Origin: a bacterium
Lineage (GTDB): Bacteria; Patescibacteriota; Patescibacteriia; UBA9934; GWF2-40-263
DNA: 64,000 bases
Reading direction: 5' to 3'
Assembly (NCBI GenBank): GCA_021789915.1
Contig: JAJYIV010000002.1
Location: 613-64,612 of the forward strand
Positions within the stretch are counted from its first letter, which is position 1. Every line of letters begins with the position of its first letter. Both the position numbers and the translations under genes were made by a program. The notes beneath the pieces were generated by a model. The model was not told the origin of the DNA, did no database searches, and was given only the letters and a program-made list of their open reading frames with translations. This document shows positions 47,569 to 57,473 of the stretch, piece after piece.

Positions 47569-47655
47569 TCAGGGCAAAACCGAGGCGGTACTTTAGCAAG
47601 CACGCCGAATCCGTCAATGGACAGGATGCGAGAGCATTGTTAGCATGGCCGGGCT

Positions 47656-48579
47656 ATGCGCATCATCCTTCTCGGCGCCGACGGGCGGCTCGGCACGGCG
47701 CTGCGGCGCGTGCTGCCGCAGTATGCGTGGATCGCGCCGACACGCGAGGCGCTCGACGTCCTCGACCGCGCGGCGGTCGACGCGTATCTTGCGGCGCATC
47801 CCGCGGACGTGCTCGTGAACGCGATCGCGGACAACCGCGTGGACGATGCGGAGACGGATCCGGCGCCGGCGCAGCGGCTCAACGCCGACCTTCCCGGCCT
47901 GCTCGCGGAAGCCGCGGCCGCGCACGACATGCCGTTCGTCCACTTCTCGACGGACTACGAGTTCGACGGGACGAAGCGCGACGGCTATGTCGAGAGTGAC
48001 GAACCGCATCCGCTCAGCGTCTACGGCCGCACGAAAGCGGAAGGGACGAAACGCGCGCTCGGAAAAAATCCGCGCGCGTACGTCGTCCGCCTCTCGCGTC
48101 TCTACGGCGAGCCTGGGACGTTCCCGGGCGCGAAGCGCAGCTTCGTGGAAATCATCCTGGACCAGGCCTCGCGCGAAGCGCGCTTCGAGGTGAACGACGC
48201 GGAAGTTTCCGCGCCGACGTGGGTGGATGACGTCGCGCGGCATTTGGACCAGTACATCCTGCAGCCCTCGTCCCTTCTACCCACTACCCACGACCCAAGA
48301 CCCCTTTCCCCCGGCCTCTACCACATGGCCAATCAAGGCGGCGCCACATGGTACGAGTGGGCCAAGGCGATCATCGAGCTGAAGGGGTTGCCCAACGAGA
48401 TCGTGCCGCGCGCGCCGACGGCGCGGCCGGCCAAGCGTCCGGCGTTTTCCGCGCTGCGCTCGACGAAGATTCCGCCCATGCGTCCGTGGCGCGAAGCGCT
48501 TGAGGAGTATCTTTGTTGTCATCCCGAGGGAGCACAGCGACCGAGGGATCCGCTAGATTCTTCGCTTTGCTCAGAATGA
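47656..48579 (+). CDS. rfbD: dTDP-4-dehydrorhamnose reductase
   Basis: MRIILLGADGRLGTAL Rossmann N-terminus, YGRTKAEG catalytic YxxxK. RmlD-like length. Confidence 0.8.
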   Translation: MRIILLGADGRLGTALRRVLPQYAWIAPTREALDVLDRAAVDAYLAAHPADVLVNAIADNRVDDAETDPAPAQRLNADLPGLLAEAAAAHDMPFVHFSTDYEFDGTKRDGYVESDEPHPLSVYGRTKAEGTKRALGKNPRAYVVRLSRLYGEPGTFPGAKRSFVEIILDQASREARFEVNDAEVSAPTWVDDVARHLDQYILQPSSLLPTTHDPRPLSPGLYHMANQGGATWYEWAKAIIELKGLPNEIVPRAPTARPAKRPAFSALRSTKIPPMRPWREALEEYLCCHPEGAQRPRDPLDSSLCSE

Positions 48580-48588
48580 CAAAGGATT

Positions 48589-49152
48589 ATGCCCATTCTT
48601 CCTCCCATCGAACTCGGCATCGCCGGCTGCCGGCTGGAACCCCAGCCGCTGTTCGGCGACGCGACCGGCGGCGTGCAGCACATTCTTTCCGGCGGCGAGA
48701 AAAACCCGCAATGGTTCGGCGGACCGATTCTCGACGTCTACGCCTGCTTCAGCACGCCCGGTACGTCGCGCGGCGGGCATTATCATCCCGTCCTAAACGA
48801 GCTGTTTGAAACGGTGTCCGGCACGTCGTTGTGGATCGTTTCCGATTTCCGAGACGATTCCCCGACCAAGGGGAAGACCGCCGCGTGCATCATAGGATGG
48901 AAGAAGCCGGCGGACGCGCACGGGCTTCCCTGCCACACGTTCGAAGGCGAAGGATCGCTCGCGCGCCTGCGCATCCCCGCCGGCGTGTATCACGCCGTCT
49001 TCGCGCTCGGCACCGGGCCTTCCTTGTCCGTGGCGCTCGGCACCACCGGCTTTGACGCGAACGATTACCGCTACCCCGCTCCCGAGGACGTCCCCGGCAT
49101 GAAAGAAATCCTGGACCGTTTCGGCCTGAAGATGCCGGCGAAGAAAACATAA
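48589..49152 (+). CDS. Cupin-fold sugar epimerase/isomerase-like protein (RmlC-like)
   Basis: 187 aa. GGHYH...LWIV...AGVYHAVFALG cupin motifs. Confidence 0.45.
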   Translation: MPILPPIELGIAGCRLEPQPLFGDATGGVQHILSGGEKNPQWFGGPILDVYACFSTPGTSRGGHYHPVLNELFETVSGTSLWIVSDFRDDSPTKGKTAACIIGWKKPADAHGLPCHTFEGEGSLARLRIPAGVYHAVFALGTGPSLSVALGTTGFDANDYRYPAPEDVPGMKEILDRFGLKMPAKKT

Positions 49153-49198
49153 AAACCGCGTCTCTGACGATTGAGACGCGGGGAGGTTCATCGACGAG

Positions 49199-50092
49199 TC
49201 AGCCGGCGATTTTTTCGTCCGCGGACCGAACCTCGAGACGCTGCACCTCGAACAGTTCCGCTGTACGGGGACAGCGCTTCCACAGATCACTGATCAATGC
49301 GCACACATCCTCACCCTCACGGAAGAGGAGGTACGGCGGAGCGCCGTAGCGCCAGCGGCAGGCGATGATACCCGTCGTATGCCCGTGAACCGGCTGATGA
49401 CGCCGCCAACTCGTGTAACAGTAACTGTCCCAGTGTGCCTTCCGTCCATCATGCTCCGAGAGCTGTTCGACCGTCTTCTCCGGATCGCCGTCGTCGGCGC
49501 CCTGTTCCGGCAGATCGACGGCTTCGACATGCAGTTCCTCCGACGTCGGGTGCTCCACGGGCGGCGGGACGTTCAGGCTGCACACCGCGAACAGCTTGGC
49601 CGTGCGGGGGCAAAGCCTCCACAGCTTTTCGTACACTTCGTCGGGACTTTCGCCGAAAAGGAGAAACGGCGGGGCCCCGTAACGCCACCGACAGGCGAAC
49701 CATCCTTCCGCGTGTCCGTTGATCGGCCGTTGATCTCGCCACGACGCGTACTCCCTGCTGAGGTAAAGCACGCGCGTGCCGTCCTCCAAGAGCTGCTCGG
49801 TCGTCCTCTGCGGATCGCCCCTGTCGCCGCCCATGTCTGGAAGATCGACGGCTTCGACATCCATGGCATGAGCATCGTTCACGTTCACCGGCAGGCTTAC
49901 CTCGTCGCACTCGAGCCTTTCGCCCGTTCTGTGCGCCGTAAGGAAGACGCGCCAGCGCAGAACATCGACGGCGCTGTCGAGGTTTCCTTCCCTTCGCCAC
50001 ACCTCCATCATGGCCGTAACGAGGCTCTTGGTGAACCTCTTCTCGAAGAAGAGCGCCCAGAAAATCCTGACCTTCCAAAAGAACGCTCGCAT
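49199..50092 (-). CDS. Hypothetical protein with internal tandem domain duplication
   Basis: Two repeats of about 130 aa (CRWRYGAPPFLLFGESPDEVYEKLWRLCPRTAKLF / CRWRYGAPPYLLFREGEDVCALISDLWKRCPRTAELF). Confidence 0.45.
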   Translation of the reverse strand: MRAFFWKVRIFWALFFEKRFTKSLVTAMMEVWRREGNLDSAVDVLRWRVFLTAHRTGERLECDEVSLPVNVNDAHAMDVEAVDLPDMGGDRGDPQRTTEQLLEDGTRVLYLSREYASWRDQRPINGHAEGWFACRWRYGAPPFLLFGESPDEVYEKLWRLCPRTAKLFAVCSLNVPPPVEHPTSEELHVEAVDLPEQGADDGDPEKTVEQLSEHDGRKAHWDSYCYTSWRRHQPVHGHTTGIIACRWRYGAPPYLLFREGEDVCALISDLWKRCPRTAELFEVQRLEVRSADEKIAG

Positions 50093-50235
50093 GACGGCCT
50101 CCAGACCGCCGGATGGCGGTCGAATCCTTCGGCTGTCGGACGACGCGCCGACCGCCTGGCCATACCGTAGAAAAAGGCGGCGGCCCTGTCAATCCGCGTC
50201 GCTTCGGTGTCGCTTCGGCCTGCCGCTGCCGGTGT

Positions 50236-51348
50236 TCACCACCTTACGATCGCCAGCACCAGCGCCTTGAAGGCCGCCAGCAGCGGATCGACCAGCGCGC
50301 GCTTCCAGGCGGGCGACACTTGCGCGGATTCCACCGTCGACGCCATCAGGCGCAGGAGATCGCGGTCAGGCACGGTGCGGATCTGCGCGGCCAGCGCCCG
50401 ACGCTCGGCGATCCACGCCCACGTACTCGGCTTCCAAAAGAACGCCCACGCCCGCAGTTTCTTGCCCGCCCAGCCGGAACGCAGCGCGAAGAGAAACGTC
50501 ACGGCGTCCGCCGCGAGCATCGGCAGCAGCAGCACGGCGAGCGTCTTCGCCTTGAGATTGGACAGCGCGCACACCCAGCGGTTGCGCTCCATCCAATAGA
50601 ACTTCTTCATGCTGCGGTTGAACTCGTAGTGATGGGACACGACCGACCGGTCCGCATAGCCGATGCCGAGCCCCGCAAGCCGCGCGCGCCACGAGAGGTC
50701 CGTGTCCTCGTGGTACATGTAGTAGCGCGCGTCGAAAATCCCGCCGATCTTTTCGAGCGCGGACATCCGCACCAGCACCGCGGCGCCGGACGCGTAGAAT
50801 ACGGGCGCCTGCCTGCCGGCAGGCAGGTCTTTGATCTTCGCCGCCGCCTCGGGCGTCAGGTTTTCGCCAAGCGCATAGCCGTAGCCCAGGATCTGCAGCG
50901 CGTTGCCGATCGAGTTGAGCTTCTCCGGATCCTGCAGCAGCATGAGACGCGACTGGATGACGGCGTCCTGGGGATGCATTTCCGCGTACGCGACAGCCTC
51001 GCGCAGAAACCCAGGATCCACCGCCGTATCCTGGTTGAGCAGATAGACGTACTCGGCGCCCCAGGCACGCGCGTGCTCCACGCCGACGACGTTCGCGCCG
51101 GCGTAGCCGAGGTCGCGCACGTTCGGATGCAGCTCCATCTCCGGCAACGTCTTCCCTGCTTTGGGCAGCCAGTCGCTCGTGAGGAATGGGATGGACGCCC
51201 CGTGCGGCGACGGATTCTCCACGTCGATGATGCGCCAACATTCCTTTGGGTAATCGACATGCTCGAGCGACGCCAAACATCGCCCGATTTCCTCCGGCGA
51301 GCTCGGCGTGTAGTACGAAAGGTAGATGACGGCGACCTTGGGAGGCAT
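50236..51348 (-). CDS. Glycosyltransferase family 2
   Basis: ATG at 51346-51348 (MPPKVAVIYLSYYT). GT-A fold with DxD region (YLLNQD). Single-nt spacer to the upstream GT2 gene. Confidence 0.75.
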   Translation of the reverse strand: MPPKVAVIYLSYYTPSSPEEIGRCLASLEHVDYPKECWRIIDVENPSPHGASIPFLTSDWLPKAGKTLPEMELHPNVRDLGYAGANVVGVEHARAWGAEYVYLLNQDTAVDPGFLREAVAYAEMHPQDAVIQSRLMLLQDPEKLNSIGNALQILGYGYALGENLTPEAAAKIKDLPAGRQAPVFYASGAAVLVRMSALEKIGGIFDARYYMYHEDTDLSWRARLAGLGIGYADRSVVSHHYEFNRSMKKFYWMERNRWVCALSNLKAKTLAVLLLPMLAADAVTFLFALRSGWAGKKLRAWAFFWKPSTWAWIAERRALAAQIRTVPDRDLLRLMASTVESAQVSPAWKRALVDPLLAAFKALVLAIVRW

Positions 51349-51349
51349 A

Positions 51350-53398
51350 TCACCGCACGCGCGTCCGGAACAGCTCGTCCGGCCACTTGGCGAAATACTT
51401 GAGGAAGCTGATCGAGTGCGCGCGGGCCATCCGGTTGACGAGCAGCGTGCGCAGCAGGCTGCCCTGGCGCACCGATCCCTTGCCGTAGGCATGCTGCAGC
51501 GCCGCATCGGCCACATAGTACACCGGCCGGTGCATCGCCCACGAGCGGCGGCACAGATCCACGTCCTCGAAGTACATCCAGAAGCGCTCGTCGAAGCCGC
51601 CCAGCGCGCGCCAGTGCTCCATCGGCAGGAACAGCGCGGAGCCCTGCGCCCAATCCACCATGCGCGTTTCGCCTGGCGGCGTGTCGCGCATCAGGAAACG
51701 ATGGAGGTAGCGGCGGCCGAAGGCCGTGCCGCCGAGCGTCGTGCGCTGGACGAGCGGCAGCGGCCACGACGGGAAGCGGCGCACGGTTTCCTGCGCCTGT
51801 CCGTCGGGATAGACGATCTTGGGCGCGGCGATGCCGGCGCGCGGATGCGCGCGCATGAACGCGACGAGCTTGGCGAAGAGCCGATCGTCGACGAGTTCCG
51901 TATCCGGGTTCAGCACGAAGAGGAACTCGGCGTCGAGCTCGGCGGCGCCGCGGTTCACGGAGCTGCCGTAGCCGGCGTCCCAGTTGCGCTGGACGACCAC
52001 GCCGTCGGGAATCGCGTCCCACAGCACGGCCGCGGCATCGTACGCCGTCGACGCGTTGTCCACGACGACGACGCCGACGCGCAGGCCGGACGCCTTGCGC
52101 GCGCGATCGAGCGAACGCAGACACGCGGCGCTCAAATCGTCGTGCGAGACGATGACGACGGCGATGTCGAGGTAAGTAGCTGGCGGCTGGGGGCTGGCGG
52201 CTGGGGGAGAAAACGGGAGCGGGGCCTGCGCGCGCGCCGCGTCCGCGGGCGACGGCACGGCGCGAACCGCGCCGAACCGCGCGGCGTACGCGCGCCGCTT
52301 CGTGATCAGCTCATGCCGATGCTCCCACGTTTCCCGCCACGCCTCGGTGCACACGCGCGGCCGCATGACGAGCCAATATGCCGCCTTCGCCGCCTCATAC
52401 GGAAGCACGGCCCATGCGCGCGCCGGCGCCGAACGGAACTCCCCCTGGCTCCCTCTTGAAAAGAGGGGGAAGTGCATCGCCAGCGTCCAAAGATGGTTGC
52501 GGTACGAGTGGAACACCGGCCGCCAGGTTTGCGCGGTGCGGCCGATTCCCCCCCTGCCTGCCTCGCATACCCCCCGCCTGCCAAAATGCGGCCAGCAGGC
52601 AGCCCCCCTTGGCAGGGGGGCAATCCTGGCCGTGCCGAAGCTGCGGCGATGGTACGCGACGGCGTCGGACACGACGCCGGAGGCGAAGCCCGCGCGGCGC
52701 AATCTCCACGCAAGCTCGACGTCTTCCTTGTACGAGACGAACGACGGGTCAAACAAATTCCCGTCCAACGACGCCGCCTCTACCGCCGCACGGCGATACA
52801 TCGGCAGGCAGCCCGACACCCCGAACGCCTCGTGCACGCCCTCATGCAGCTGCGCCGTCGAAACACGCTCCCCTGCTCCGATGTCGCGCACGGCGCCCGT
52901 TGCCGACATCGCCAAGCCGAAACTGTCGATCACGTCCGTGCGCCCGCCGGACCCCTCTGCCCAGCTGAGCTGGGCCGTCCCCCCTTGGCAGGGGGGGACG
53001 ACACACGCCGCCCGATCGAAATCCCATCGATACACGCGCCCGGCGACGGACCCGAGCCGCGCGTCCGCGTCCAGCGCGGCGACGAGCCGCTCGAGATACG
53101 CCGGTTCCAGGATCGCATCGTCGTTGTGCAGCATCACGTACGCCGCCTGATGCTTGGAGAACAGCAGGTTATGCGCGCCGGCAAAGTCGACGTTGCGCGG
53201 CCCGACGTCCACGTACACGGCGCGGTCGCCGAGTTCCCGCGCGAACGCGCGCACCGCCTCGGCCTGCACGGGATCCGACGCATTGTCCGTCACGTACAGC
53301 GTCCAATCGCGGAACGTCTGCGCGCGCAGGGACGCCAAAATATGCGGCAGGTACCGCGCGCCGTCGTAGCAGGAAAGTTGGATGGCGAGTTTGGACAT
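51350..53398 (-). CDS. Two-domain glycosyltransferase family 2 protein (682 aa) carrying in-frame palindromic elements and a tandem-repeat linker
   Basis: Two GT-A domains (MSKLAIQLSCYDG... and IAVVIVSHDD...). Linker PPAASPQPPA is encoded by the tandem GCTGGCGGCTGGGG. Elements E5-E7 lie inside the CDS in frame. Confidence 0.75.
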   Translation of the reverse strand: MSKLAIQLSCYDGARYLPHILASLRAQTFRDWTLYVTDNASDPVQAEAVRAFARELGDRAVYVDVGPRNVDFAGAHNLLFSKHQAAYVMLHNDDAILEPAYLERLVAALDADARLGSVAGRVYRWDFDRAACVVPPCQGGTAQLSWAEGSGGRTDVIDSFGLAMSATGAVRDIGAGERVSTAQLHEGVHEAFGVSGCLPMYRRAAVEAASLDGNLFDPSFVSYKEDVELAWRLRRAGFASGVVSDAVAYHRRSFGTARIAPLPRGAACWPHFGRRGVCEAGRGGIGRTAQTWRPVFHSYRNHLWTLAMHFPLFSRGSQGEFRSAPARAWAVLPYEAAKAAYWLVMRPRVCTEAWRETWEHRHELITKRRAYAARFGAVRAVPSPADAARAQAPLPFSPPAASPQPPATYLDIAVVIVSHDDLSAACLRSLDRARKASGLRVGVVVVDNASTAYDAAAVLWDAIPDGVVVQRNWDAGYGSSVNRGAAELDAEFLFVLNPDTELVDDRLFAKLVAFMRAHPRAGIAAPKIVYPDGQAQETVRRFPSWPLPLVQRTTLGGTAFGRRYLHRFLMRDTPPGETRMVDWAQGSALFLPMEHWRALGGFDERFWMYFEDVDLCRRSWAMHRPVYYVADAALQHAYGKGSVRQGSLLRTLLVNRMARAHSISFLKYFAKWPDELFRTRVR
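52547..52622. repeat. Palindromic element E6 (double core), in frame inside the GT2 gene
   Basis: cccccctgcctgcctcgcataccccccgcctgccaaaatgcggccagcaggcagccccccttggcaggggggc. Confidence 0.6.
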
Positions 53399-53409
53399 AG
53401 ATCGCTGGC

Positions 53410-53540
53410 AACCCCTCCGCCTGCCGATGGTCGGCCAGCAGGCAGCCTCCCCTTGGGGGGGCGCGTTTTTCCGCGTCCCCTCTTTTCCAAGAGCCTGTCC
53501 TGAGCGAGCGGAGCGAGTCGAAGGAAGGGGTCAAGGGGTG
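53410..53540. repeat. Composite palindromic element E8 (intergenic), includes the GCCTGTCCTGAGCGAGCGGAGCGAGTCGAAGGAAGGGG module
   Basis: cccctccgcctgccgatggtcggccagcaggcagcctccccttggggggg ... gcctgtcctgagcgagcggagcgagtcgaaggaagggg. The second module recurs at 60412-60445 and 62672-62705. Confidence 0.55.
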
Positions 53541-53551
53541 GTTGCCGCATT

Positions 53552-54418
53552 TTACGCTCTCGCCTTTCCCTTCAGGCCGAGCTCGTCCACGACGCAGGCG
53601 CCCAAGATCATCGGCCATCGCAGCGCGGCGAAGACGGCCGCCTGCCACCACGGATGCCACTTCGCAAAGTAGTGGACCATGCTGGCGGTGAAGATCGCCT
53701 GGGTTTCCGCGCGCGGCATCTTGGACGTGCCGCGGCCGACCAAGTCGTGGCAGGACACGTCCGCCAGATAACGGACGCGCAGCCCCGCTTCCTTCGCGCG
53801 CCGGCAATAGTCCACTTCCTCGAACCAAATGAAGTAGCCTTGGTCGAGATAGCCGACGCGGTTCAGCATCTCGCGCCGGAAGGCGAAGAACGAGCCGCGC
53901 ACCGCGTCGACGTCCTGCGATTTCGCGTAGTCGAAATCCGCCGGGATGTAGCGATCCAGCGCGTGCGGAAACAGATGCGGGATCTTGAGCAGCGTGACGA
54001 GCTGGTCGGCGAAGCCGGGAAAACGGCGGACCGACTTCAGCGGCTTGCCTTCCGCGTCGTTGAGCCGCACGCCGAGCACGCCGATGTCGCGCGCGGCCGT
54101 CAGCGTCTCGTACGCCGCATCCACGGCGCCGTCGCCCACGATCATGTCGGGGTTCAGCAGGATGACGACCTCGCCTTGAGCCAACCGCAACGCCTGGTTG
54201 TTCGCGTGCGAAAATCCGCTCCCCCAATCGTTTTGGACGTACTTTACCTGCGGAAATTCCTCGCGCACCATCTTCCCCGTCCCGTCGGCGGACGCGTTGT
54301 CCACCACGAAAACCTCAAAGGAATGCCGCGGCGGGTGCGCAAACAACCGGGCCAGGTTTTCGCGCAAATGCTCCCGGACGTTCCAGCTCACGATGACGAT
54401 CGAAATGTCCTTGACCAC
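53552..54418 (-). CDS. Glycosyltransferase family 2
   Basis: MVKDISIVIVSWNVREHL start, DxD (NPDMIV), 288 aa. Confidence 0.8.
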   Translation of the reverse strand: MVKDISIVIVSWNVREHLRENLARLFAHPPRHSFEVFVVDNASADGTGKMVREEFPQVKYVQNDWGSGFSHANNQALRLAQGEVVILLNPDMIVGDGAVDAAYETLTAARDIGVLGVRLNDAEGKPLKSVRRFPGFADQLVTLLKIPHLFPHALDRYIPADFDYAKSQDVDAVRGSFFAFRREMLNRVGYLDQGYFIWFEEVDYCRRAKEAGLRVRYLADVSCHDLVGRGTSKMPRAETQAIFTASMVHYFAKWHPWWQAAVFAALRWPMILGACVVDELGLKGKARA

Positions 54419-54463
54419 AAAGGTGTTTGGCGTCTAGGATAAGCCTGTTATCGTCCGAATCCT

Positions 54464-55273
54464 ATGGAAACAGCCGCCGTCCGTCAACCCGTGCCCGTCG
54501 TCATTTTCTGCGGCGGCAAAGGCTCGCGCCTGAAGGAAGAAACCGATTTCCGCCCGAAGCCGATGGTCACGATCGGCGGCCGGCCCGTCCTCTGGCACAT
54601 CATGAAGGGCTTCGCCCGCCACGGGCACAACCGGTTCATCCTGGCGCTCGGGTACAAGGGCCAGATGATCAAGGAATATTTCCTGAACCACCGGCTGCTG
54701 GCGTCGGATTTTCACCTGGAAACCGGCAACGGCTTCGTGACGCTGCCGCACGGGTCGGCGCGGGATGATTTCCAGATCACCTTCGCCGACACCGGCGAGG
54801 AGACGCTGACCGGCGAGCGCCTGCTCAAGGTGATGAAATACATCCCGGGCGACCGCTTCATGGCGACGTACGGCGACGGCGTGACGGACTTGGACATCAA
54901 TGTCCTGCTCGCGCACCACGAGGCGCAGCGCACGACATACGGCACCGTCGGCATCGTCACGGGCGTGCATCCGCGCTCCAAGTACGGCCTGGTGCAGACG
55001 GACGAGCGCGGCGTCATCCGCGAGTTCCGCCAATATCCGGTGATGAAGGAATACACCAACGGCGGCTTCATGGTGTTCGAGAAGGCGGGCATCCTGCCGT
55101 ACCTCAAGGAGGGCGAGATGGTCGAGGACGCGCTGATGCGCATGGCGGCGGACGGCAAGCTCGCCCTGTACAACCATGACGGCTATTGGCACTGCATGGA
55201 CACGTACCAGGACATGAAGGAGCTCAACGCGCAGTGGGAAAGCGGGCCGAAGTGGAAAACGTGGACGGAGTAA
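54464..55273 (+). CDS. rfbF: Glucose-1-phosphate cytidylyltransferase
   Basis: VVIFCGGKGSRLKEETDFRPKPMVTIGGRPVLWHIM nucleotidyltransferase N-terminus. 269 aa, typical RfbF length. Confidence 0.85.
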   Translation: METAAVRQPVPVVIFCGGKGSRLKEETDFRPKPMVTIGGRPVLWHIMKGFARHGHNRFILALGYKGQMIKEYFLNHRLLASDFHLETGNGFVTLPHGSARDDFQITFADTGEETLTGERLLKVMKYIPGDRFMATYGDGVTDLDINVLLAHHEAQRTTYGTVGIVTGVHPRSKYGLVQTDERGVIREFRQYPVMKEYTNGGFMVFEKAGILPYLKEGEMVEDALMRMAADGKLALYNHDGYWHCMDTYQDMKELNAQWESGPKWKTWTE

Positions 55274-55319
55274 AACAACACCGCCTCTCTTCCGTGTCAC
55301 AGGGAGAGGCGGTGTTTTG

Positions 55320-55757
55320 TCATTCCAGCGGCCAGGTTTCCAGCGGCAGGTTCACGCTTTCGTCCGGCTCCCAGGCGACGGTCGCCCCGTTGCAGACGAT
55401 CGCGGCGCCTTCGCCGGCGCAGCGCCACGCATAGGCCACGCCCGGCGGGATCGTCAGCAGGAAGGACTTCCCTTCCGCCGGCGCCAGCTCGTACGTCTCC
55501 GCCGCGCCCCTGGCCGGCGAACCGTCGCGCTCGTCGCGGATCCAGAAGCGCATCGCGCCGGAGACGACCGCCATGTTGGACGTGGAACGGGCGTGCCGTT
55601 TCCATCCTTTCGTCACGCCCGGGTTCACGGTCGAAAAATACACCTCGCCGAAGCGCGTGAACGGCGCGCGCCCCTCGCGCAGGAAATGCATCACGCTTCC
55701 CCGCTCGTCGCGGACGATCTTGAGGGGCGTCAGCAGGACGCCGGGAATGGAGGACAT
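55320..55757 (-). CDS. Cupin-fold sugar-nucleotide epimerase-like protein (RmlC/WxcM family)
   Basis: 145 aa. VMHFLRE...GEVYFSTVNPGVTKGWKRH...IPPGVAYAW cupin pattern. Confidence 0.5.
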   Translation of the reverse strand: MSSIPGVLLTPLKIVRDERGSVMHFLREGRAPFTRFGEVYFSTVNPGVTKGWKRHARSTSNMAVVSGAMRFWIRDERDGSPARGAAETYELAPAEGKSFLLTIPPGVAYAWRCAGEGAAIVCNGATVAWEPDESVNLPLETWPLE

Positions 55758-55769
55758 AGAAGTTCGCCG

Positions 55770-55850
55770 TTAGCCGTTAGCCGTTAGGAAAAAGGACGCG
55801 CAGCCCCCCAAAGCCAAAGGCTAATGGCTAATGGCTTTTTCTACGACATC
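55770..55850. repeat. Inverted pair of TTAGCC-type heptamer tandem repeats at a gene junction
   Basis: gccgttagccgttagccgttagg ... ccaaaggctaatggctaatggc. The two arms can pair with G-U wobbles. Confidence 0.55.
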
Positions 55851-56854
55851 AGCGCGTCCGGGCTCGCGACCGCCGCGTGGTCCTGCGCGCGGAAATAATT
55901 CTTGTACCACTCGACCGTCTCGGCCAATCCTTCCTCCAGCGTATACGACGGCTTCCAACCGAGCAGCCGGCCGGCCTTCTCGCTGGAGAGCGTCTGGTCG
56001 TGGATTTCCGCCTTGGCCTGGTTCAGGATGACGGGCTGCAAGTCCGAACGGCCGACGGCGCGCAGGACGGCGCCGACGATCTCCGTCACCTTCATCCCGT
56101 TGCCCGTGGACAAATTGAACGCCTGGCCGGCGATTTCCGGACGATCCATGTTCTCGGCGATCGTGAGATAGCCGAGCGCCGCGTCGCGCATGAAGAAATA
56201 GTCGCGCACGAAGGTGCCGTCGGAACGAATGACCGGCGCCTCGCCGGCGAGCGCGTGCTTGATCGTCTCGGGCACCACGCGGCTGAAATTCAGGTCGCCA
56301 GGGCCGTAAAGATTGCCGCAGCGCGTGACGCACACGGGCAGCTTGTAAGTTTTGACGTACGCCTGCGCCAACAGATCGGCGCAGGACTTGGAGACGTCGT
56401 ACGGATGCCGCCCCTGCAGCGGCGCGTCCTCCGTGTACGGCAGCACCGGCTGGTCGCCGTAGGCCTTGTCGGAGGAAGCGACGAGCACGCGCTTCACCGT
56501 CGGCGCCAGGCGCGCGGCTTCCAGTACGTGGGCCGTGCCCAGGATGTTCGTGCGCAGCGTCGGCAGCGGCGCGCGGTTGGCGATCGGGGCGATGGCCTGC
56601 GCGCCCACGTGGAAGACCGTCTCGATCTCGTAGTCCGCGAGCGTGCGCAGGACGAGATCGAAATCCTCGAAGTCGCCGCGCACGACGGCGACCTCGCCGT
56701 GCGCGCCCGTCTCGAACAGGCGGCTGGTCGGGACGTGGTCGCGCTGCAGCACGACGACGGCGGCGCCGCACTCGACGAGGAACTCCGTGATGGTGGAGCC
56801 CAGCAGCCCGAAGGCGCCGGTCACGAACGCGCGCCGGCCGTTCCAGAACGCCAT
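55841..56854 (-). CDS. rfbG: CDP-glucose 4,6-dehydratase
   Basis: AFVTGAFGLLGSTITEFL Rossmann, YDVSKSCADLL catalytic YxxxK. Start at MAFWNG (ATG 56852-56854). Confidence 0.8.
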   Translation of the reverse strand: MAFWNGRRAFVTGAFGLLGSTITEFLVECGAAVVVLQRDHVPTSRLFETGAHGEVAVVRGDFEDFDLVLRTLADYEIETVFHVGAQAIAPIANRAPLPTLRTNILGTAHVLEAARLAPTVKRVLVASSDKAYGDQPVLPYTEDAPLQGRHPYDVSKSCADLLAQAYVKTYKLPVCVTRCGNLYGPGDLNFSRVVPETIKHALAGEAPVIRSDGTFVRDYFFMRDAALGYLTIAENMDRPEIAGQAFNLSTGNGMKVTEIVGAVLRAVGRSDLQPVILNQAKAEIHDQTLSSEKAGRLLGWKPSYTLEEGLAETVEWYKNYFRAQDHAAVASPDALMS

Positions 56855-56971
56855 CCGCTCCTTGGTTTTGAACGCGGGTTTCATGGGCATAGGAAGAAAG
56901 GAGAGTCCAACCTTAAACCAGCGGGCCGGCATCCGTCAAAAAAACGCCGCCCATCCAGAGGGAACGAGCGG

Positions 56972-57382
56972 CTAGGGATCGAAGAGCACCAGGCGCACGG
57001 CAAACTCCCACCGCTTCGGCGCTGGATCCGCGCCGGATTCCGGCGGCGGCGCGGGCGGCGTGGCATCGGCGAGCTTGAGGCGGCCGTACAGGACGGCGGC
57101 GGCGAGCCGCACGGCCGCGTCGCCGACGAGCCAGGCGAGATGGAACTCCTGGTGCGCGTCGAACGTCACGCCGGGCGGAAAGACGAAGTCGGTGTTTTCC
57201 CTCAGCACGTGGTCGAGCGCCACGTCATTGCCGCCCCCGTCCACGCGTTTCTGGACCTGCGCGTCCAGCCGCGCAAGAAAGGAGCTGAGAACGGCGAAGC
57301 GATGCCGCGCGTTTTCGATGCGTTCCTTGGCCGTGCTCCCGTACGGCGTCCCCGGGACGGGCGTGCCTTTCGTCGCGATCAT
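56972..57382 (-). CDS. Small hypothetical protein, paralog A (MIAT... family)
   Basis: C-terminal about 135 aa of the track ORF. Paralogous to the adjacent gene (TDFVFPPGVTFDAHQEFHLAW vs VDFRFPDGTLIDDEDAFDPSW). Start position uncertain. Confidence 0.35.
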   Translation of the reverse strand: MIATKGTPVPGTPYGSTAKERIENARHRFAVLSSFLARLDAQVQKRVDGGGNDVALDHVLRENTDFVFPPGVTFDAHQEFHLAWLVGDAAVRLAAAVLYGRLKLADATPPAPPPESGADPAPKRWEFAVRLVLFDP

Positions 57383-57473
57383 GTCTTCCTCCTTCCGGAT
57401 CGTCTGGAAACCGGCGGACGGCATCGTGCCGCAGACGTAAAAAGACGTCAAGAAAAAACCGCCCGAAGGACGG